Part shown: positions 58,216 to 64,000 of the stretch, in pieces | Layout of the letters: each line of letters opens with the position of its first letter | Numbering within the stretch: the first letter of the stretch is position 1 | Source: Podarcis erhardii | Taxonomy: Eukaryota | Direction: 5' to 3' (one strand) | DNA length: 64,000 bases | NCBI GenBank assembly: GCA_964252035.1 | Contig: OZ176200.1 | Position numbers and translations under genes: made by a program | Notes under the pieces: generated by a model | What the model was told of the DNA's origin: nothing | The model's database searches: none | What the model saw: only the letters and a program-made list of their open reading frames with translations

Positions 58216-61200
58216 TACATTTAAGTGGCTTAAGCAGCAGTTTAACACCCCTGGGATAGTCGTTTAAGAGTGCAGAGTCAAGGTACCTAACTTGGGATAG
58301 TTACCCCCTTAATCTTCTTTTAGTACTTTGTCTTGCGGCAAAGATGGTAAAAGCACAGCTCCTTTCTTTTCAGGGTTGTTCTGAACTGCAGGTCCAAAGG
58401 AGGACTAAAAAATGCTTGAGTGATCAGTTCTATTGCTTTCTTAAAGAAAGGTGTAGACTTAGAGCAAATCAGCCTGCCAGGTCTTCCAGCCTTTACAGAC
58501 ACAGGACAGACACTGCAGCAAAGAGATGGCTTGTCCACACCCAAGCAAACATTCATATGTTCTTTATGCACAAAGCAGCATACATCACTCTGGCCAGGAC
58601 TCCCCATCATTCCACCTGACTAGATGATGGCATAGGTGGCAAATACCCAAATCTTACAGATAGTTCTCCTTTCTGGGCTTGGAGCCCAGCCCCCCAAGCC
58701 CTCCCCCCCAAGATAAGGATAACATAAAAGTAAGCCAATTAGCCTAAATCAAAGCAAGTGAATATAAACATATGAGCTCATCGCTAAAACAACTACAGGT
58801 ATCAATTAATTGTGGGGTTATCTTGACTACCAAGATGGTGTTTGCAGAGCTTCAGGAATAGTTCACTTTTGATTCAAACAAGGGTCTAGCAATTCCAATT
58901 TACACAAGTGATTGAAAGCTTGAAATTAGGTGGCTGAGTTTAATTCTTTTAAGTTTGTCAACATGAAATGCAAGAGTATCACCTTGTGTATGGTACAAGA
59001 AAGTGACTAGAAATAAAATGAAAAGAAGCTCCTAGCTTGCGTGGGCACTGGGAGCATTGGATAGGCATTCTTTTCACATTCTGAACACCATGTAGGAATC
59101 AAGGGAACTGTTCTTGTTTTATTACTGTGCAGAAAAGGCCTTTTCCACATGCTCTTGTGTGTGGAAGAACTGCTTAATTGTTACTCGTTTGTATAAATCC
59201 ACATTTGAGGTTTCACTACTGTTTGACAGATGTCTCATTTTTAAATCGGACTATGGGGGAAATTAGATTTTTTCCATATTCTCTTAATTTATCACCACTA
59301 AATGGACACACCACTACTGTCCACCCTCCTCTGTTATGCTGTGAGTTTTTATGTGATTTAATGGCTGTTGGCTACACAAGGTATAACAGTCAAAAAGCTC
59401 TCCAGACTTTTCCTAGAGTCTTAAGCTGGAATCATCGGGAAGCTGCAAACAATTTTTTTAAAAATAAACCACACTTTCATTTCTCAGTCTCTTTTGCTGA
59501 TGCAAGTGAAACTGATAGTTTCTTTTTTGGCCAGAAAAAGTAAATTGCACTTCCTATCTTGCTGTTTTCCCTCACTTCCAAGCAGACTTTGCTGTTTTGG
59601 CGACAGACCATTGCTCTTCCAACCCAGTAACCTTTGGAGACAGGATATAGACTGGTATAGAGCAACAAGGGGCTTGAACAAGGCTGATAGAATTGTAGTT
59701 ACTGTGCATTAAGCCCAAATGTATTAGTATGCTCTGGTAGGTAATGGGTTGCCATGCAAATCCGTTGACCAGTCAAATATTGGTCCCTACGGTAAAGATA
59801 TTTAAAACCAGGAATGCTGCTGTCTGGGTGGCATTTTACCTCTACAATGACTTTTTAAAAGTTCACTTCGCTTTCTGTTTTCATTTCATTCTTGCAAGAT
59901 CATTTTTGAAAAAAAAAACAAAAAAAAAACTGTGCTGGTTTCAAAGTTCTGGATAAAAGTCAGAGAAGATCTATTATCTAATATTGGGCATATTTTAAAT
60001 ATTCCTGATAATGTATAATCATCTATGTGTTACAAAACTCTCTAATGTATTTCATGTGTTTACGATGTTTTACTTGTACAGTTGTTGGCTTTATTTTGTT
60101 CTTTGACTGCGTATAAAGAATCTATATCTGATATTATGTGAATATTAACATTTTTACAAACTTGTTTAATGTTATTAAAATAGGGTGGTGGTTGATTTTT
60201 TAAAAAACTATTTCATCCTTTCACCATGGCTTTGTTTGCACATAACATTAAGTCATAGATAAAAGCAAAGCAATGGTTCACCAATGAATGAACAGTGTGC
60301 TGCTTCATGCTGCTCAGTCATGATCACTTTGCTCTACCCACCTTGGAGCTGAGAAACTGATCAGGGAGGGGATGGCTTTGTGCTGCATGCAAGCCAGCAG
60401 TTGTGGTTTGTTCTTCCCAAGAAACTATGAGCAGTAAGCCCAAAACAAAACTTGGCTTCGTCTCATGGATTGTTTGAAAAGAAACAAATCATGAGTCCTG
60501 CTTTGCACCTACTGCTAAGTCAGTTCCATGTTTTTGTCTCTTGGCAGCATAACTGAGCAGCATCCGCTAGCACACTTGCCCATTTGCAGTAAGCTGAGTT
60601 GAGTGTTTCAGACTATGTATGGATTGCTGTGATGTGTGAACCGGGTCATAAACAGTCAACTATTTTGTTCTTGTAATTAAACATCAAATCTGTTTAAAGT
60701 GTTCCATTTCCTTTTCTAATAAATTTAGTACTCTTAAGATATTTTACCATTACTTGACAATATTTAAATGAGTATTTGACTGGTGAGTTGACCAAATATG
60801 TTTTGCCTCTTTCAAATGCTTAATCCTGGAGGTATGCTTATTTGGATAGACATTTTCTTTTCTTATCCTGGATTTTCATACACATTAGCTTATTTGCCAG
60901 AGGATCTGTCTGTAAAAAAGTAAACCATGTGAAATGATTCTTCATTCAGAAAAAACTCTTGGCTGGTTTCTGTTCCTCTTCCTATTACTTTTGTTTTTTG
61001 CTCAGTGCAGATACTTTGTTTAGTTTCTTTCTGTATCCGACACAATTCGGGTTGTATTGTTTTACCTAACTAGAGAGCAAAGTCTGGTTTGTGCTTTGAA
61101 AGGTGCTCCGGTCCAAATTTAGCTTGAACTGACTCATGAGTAAAACCACTCCCTGGATGAAATTCTTTCTGGCATGCCAGAAAGGAAGTGAGAGCATGAG

Positions 61201-62115
61201 AATACCAAAACTATGTAATCGTTTGCACAAGGTGTGTTACCTTTCTTGTTACAGCGAAGAGCAATGTGGAAAGCATGGTATAGTCAGTCTTCAGTCTTTG
61301 AGCCACTTGACTCTGCAGTTTTAAAGCAGAGTAAATGATTGTGGGCGCAGCCTCTTGTAGGATAGCACAATGGCTTCTCACATTCATATAGTTCTCTGAA
61401 AATACAGGTAGTGAACTATGAGTGTGCTGCAGCCTACACTACTTATCTGCTTGTTCCAAACAGGAATAGAAAGACACTTGAGTTTTGTACACAACTCAAG
61501 ACCAGGTGTCCCCCACATGTCAACAGCCCCCTTTGCCTTTTTGAATCTCATGACACCTACAGAACTTTATATTCATAATAAGGAGTTGGTGTAGCAATAT
61601 TACAACATGGGAAGGAGTGGGAGGAAATCACTGTGGAAGAGTTAGGTTGCTGTGGGGTAGCAAAATTAAAAGTGGTGAGTTTTGGTATGATCTGGCACAA
61701 GTTGATCTTTTTGAGAGGCTTTTTGCCATAACAGTGCTGCATCGTAGCATTTGAAGCTGCAAATGGATGAGTACTTAATTTTGCCTCATAACATAGGAAG
61801 TGGCTTTCAGAAAGCTGCAGGCTGTGATGGTTTGTGTGGGGATGTTGTCTTCTCTCATGGGGATTTTGTGCCTAGTTAATTCAGAATTGGTGCTTTGGTG
61901 GTGGGTTGAAGGGGTATTGGTTGCATATGTCTTGGAAGGATGAAGGAAGAACTTGTTGGAAGAATGAAGATGGGGACCCATCTACTGAAATTATGACTCA
62001 TGCCTGGGGAGGAGGGGGAAGAGTTTGTGGGGAAATGCTTTGGAATACTACAAGAGGATGTTGAGATGCCTTTCTAGTTCCTGAAATCAATGCTGTGGGT
62101 TTCTTTTCTGTTAAG

Positions 62116-62227
62116 TCCCTTGAGGACTGCCCTCTGGATGAGGATGAAGAAGGCTTTCATAACTTGGCTGAGGAAGATGAAGATATCGACCAGTTTAATG
62201 ATGACACATTTGGAGCTGGTGCAGTTG
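62116..62227 (+). CDS. PATL1: PATL1 coding exon 2
   Basis: ttaag|SLEDCPLDEDEEGFHNLAEEDEDIDQFNDDTFGAGAV|gtgag. 112 nt, ends in phase 1. Contains the FDF-like FNDDTFG DDX6-binding motif. Confidence 0.93.
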
Positions 62228-62549
62228 GTGAGTTTGTCTAACTAGTGTACCCTGCCTTTTCATTCATATGCTGGAGGCTATTTTATTATTATAATAATAA
62301 TAATTAATAAATGTTATTAATACCCCGCCCTCCTCAGTATATATTTTATATATACCGGTACTTCTTTTAATATAATATCCTAACTGTGCTGAAACATCCT
62401 TATTTCTTCCAAAGTTGCACTGCTGATATTTGGGCTGCTTGTTAAATCCCTTTGATGTTCCAATCTTTTGCCCCAGGAGTTGTAGGCAGATGCTGCTGCA
62501 GCTGTGGAACAAGGAGGGAGTGATAGGGCAAGAATGGCAGGATCTTAAA

Positions 62550-62652
62550 GAAATATATCCCGTGAACTGCCCTGAGTCCTGCAGGTGTAGGGCGGTATAC
62601 AAATTTTAATATAAAAATAAAACAACAACAACAGCAGCAGTAATAATAATAA
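62550..62652 (+). mobile_element. L2-like 3' tail in PATL1 intron 2
   Basis: gtgaactgccctgag..agggcggtatacaaattttaatataaaaataaaa(caa)n(cag)n(taa)n. An opposite-strand L2-like tail lies at about 62283-62340. Confidence 0.5.
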
Positions 62653-62678
62653 ATATCCTTCCTGTCATTCCTTTGCAG

Positions 62679-62893
62679 ATGATGACTGGCAAGAAGCTCA
62701 TGAAAGGTTGGCAGAGCTGGAAGAGAAGCCTGCACCAGGAGGAGAGCAAGTGGATCCCGGAGTTGCCGATGAGATGGACCTGCTGGGGGACCACGAAGAG
62801 AACCTGGCAGAGAGGCTCAGCAAGATGGTGATTGACAATGAGTTGGAAGATCCAGCCATCATGCAGGCTGTGCAAACTCGGCCTCCTGTCCAG
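62679..62893 (+). CDS. PATL1: PATL1 coding exon 3
   Basis: tgcag|(D)DDWQEAHERLAELEEK...DEMDLLGDHEENLAERLSKMVIDNELEDPAIMQAVQTRPPVQ|gtgtgc. 215 nt, phases consistent. Confidence 0.95.
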
Positions 62894-63017
62894 GTGTGCA
62901 GCAAGTGATAGTGGGGTTACATAGTGGTGGGAAAGAGCAATCTCATCTCTTTGGTAGGTTGCATAGGTTGGAGGGACCTCCATGTGACTTTTAACCCCTG
63001 TGTTCCCTTCTTTCCAG

Positions 63018-63095
63018 CAACAAGGTGGGCTCAACTCGAGCATCTGGGATGGGCCTTCAGTTCTCAGGCGCATCAGGGGACCGCTTCTTAATCAG
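63018..63095 (+). CDS. PATL1: PATL1 coding exon 4
   Basis: tccag|QQGGLNSSIWDGPSVLRRIRGPLLNQ|gtgcag. 78 nt. Confidence 0.92.
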
Positions 63096-63356
63096 GTGCA
63101 GTGCTTTGTTTCATCTAAAGGGAATCTTGGTTTTTCCATAAAGGTGACTGTCTTCCTCCTGCCTCTCGCCCCACCCCCCACCCCGGCTTCCATTATCTAA
63201 TGTTTTCTCTAGTGCACTGTACAGAAGATAATGACACTGTCTTTGCATGGGAGACTTGCAGACTTAAGTTCAATAGCCTACATTCTGCCTGTGTCTCTTC
63301 CCCAAATGTATAAATATTTAAAGTAAGTTGCTGGTGTGTTCTCCCCTTCTGCGCAG

Positions 63357-63551
63357 GAGGTCCCCTCTGTGTCAGTGCTGGAATATGCCCTTCCACAAAG
63401 ACCTCCGCAGGCCCGAGAAGAGGAGCAGGACCTTTCGGAGCGGGCGCTGCCCAGGCGGTCATCCTCGCCAGTTATTGGCAGCCCTCCTGTCCGTGCTGTT
63501 CCTATTGGGACGCCACCTAAGCAGCCCACCATGCCCAACTTTAACCAGCAG
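63357..63551 (+). CDS. PATL1: PATL1 coding exon 5; the gene continues beyond the window
   Basis: cgcag|EVPSVSVLEYALPQRPPQ...LSERALPRRSSSPVIGSPPVRAVPIGTPPKQPTMPNFNQQ|gtattg. 195 nt. Confidence 0.95.
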
Positions 63552-64000
63552 GTATTGCTTCTTCCTTCTGGAATTGAGGGTGTGTGGATCTGGGATGGGG
63601 GCTTCAGCAAAGAACAGAATGAAAGCAAAAGGCACTCTGCTGCGTTGTGTAGCACAGAGGTTGCCACAGAGGTCTCAGTTTAGCATCTGCAAAGGCTAAT
63701 GCTATTTTCCACCTGCGCCCTTGTCCCCTTGGAATGCTTGCTTACTTGCCCTTTTGCTGCTCTAGATGTCAAACTCTCCCATGATAGAAGCTTGTCTTCC
63801 ATCTGCCTGTCTCTGACAAAATGGGAAAACAGCATTAATTAAATATCTGAAACTTTTCATAAAAATGTAACACAGATGCCCTTTCAAGGATGTGACTTTC
63901 TCTCCAGTGGCGTTTTGAGTGTTCAGTGAAATGTGGGTCCAATCTGCTATTGAAAGAAGTGCTCGTTTGCTTTTGTTGTTCCCTTTCAAATGCAATGAAG

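Noticed and set aside
62708-62908. Stand-alone 66-aa ORF; also 63336-63683
   Set aside because: These are PATL1 exons 3 and 5 read into flanking introns.

Overview
Vertebrate genomic DNA from a squamate reptile, probably a lacertid lizard (inferred from the SINE, BovB, CR1 and MITE types; not verified by search). Bases 1-35.2 kb hold a cluster of six OR10V1-like olfactory receptor genes. One runs off the left edge. Two sit head-to-head in an 11-kb palindrome whose outer 1956-bp arms have no indels and differ in the coding region only across TM3-TM5. Three lie in a 4.6-6.3-kb tandem array with mosaic similarity. Bases 36.9-49.8 kb hold a full-length L1-clade LINE with a 16-bp TSD, an intact ORF1 and a dead ORF2. 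Nested inside it are two GC-rich minisatellite-carrying Tc1/mariner-type non-autonomous elements and a very young, intact Mag-like Ty3/Gypsy retrotransposon (1376-aa gag-pol, LTRs 264/265 identical). A divergent pair of near-consensus CTCF motifs (50.4 and 51.1 kb) separates this domain from the CpG-island promoter and first five coding exons of PATL1 (56.7-63.6 kb). Coordinates, TSDs and alignments were read by eye. Family names rest on recalled consensus features, and no database search was run.
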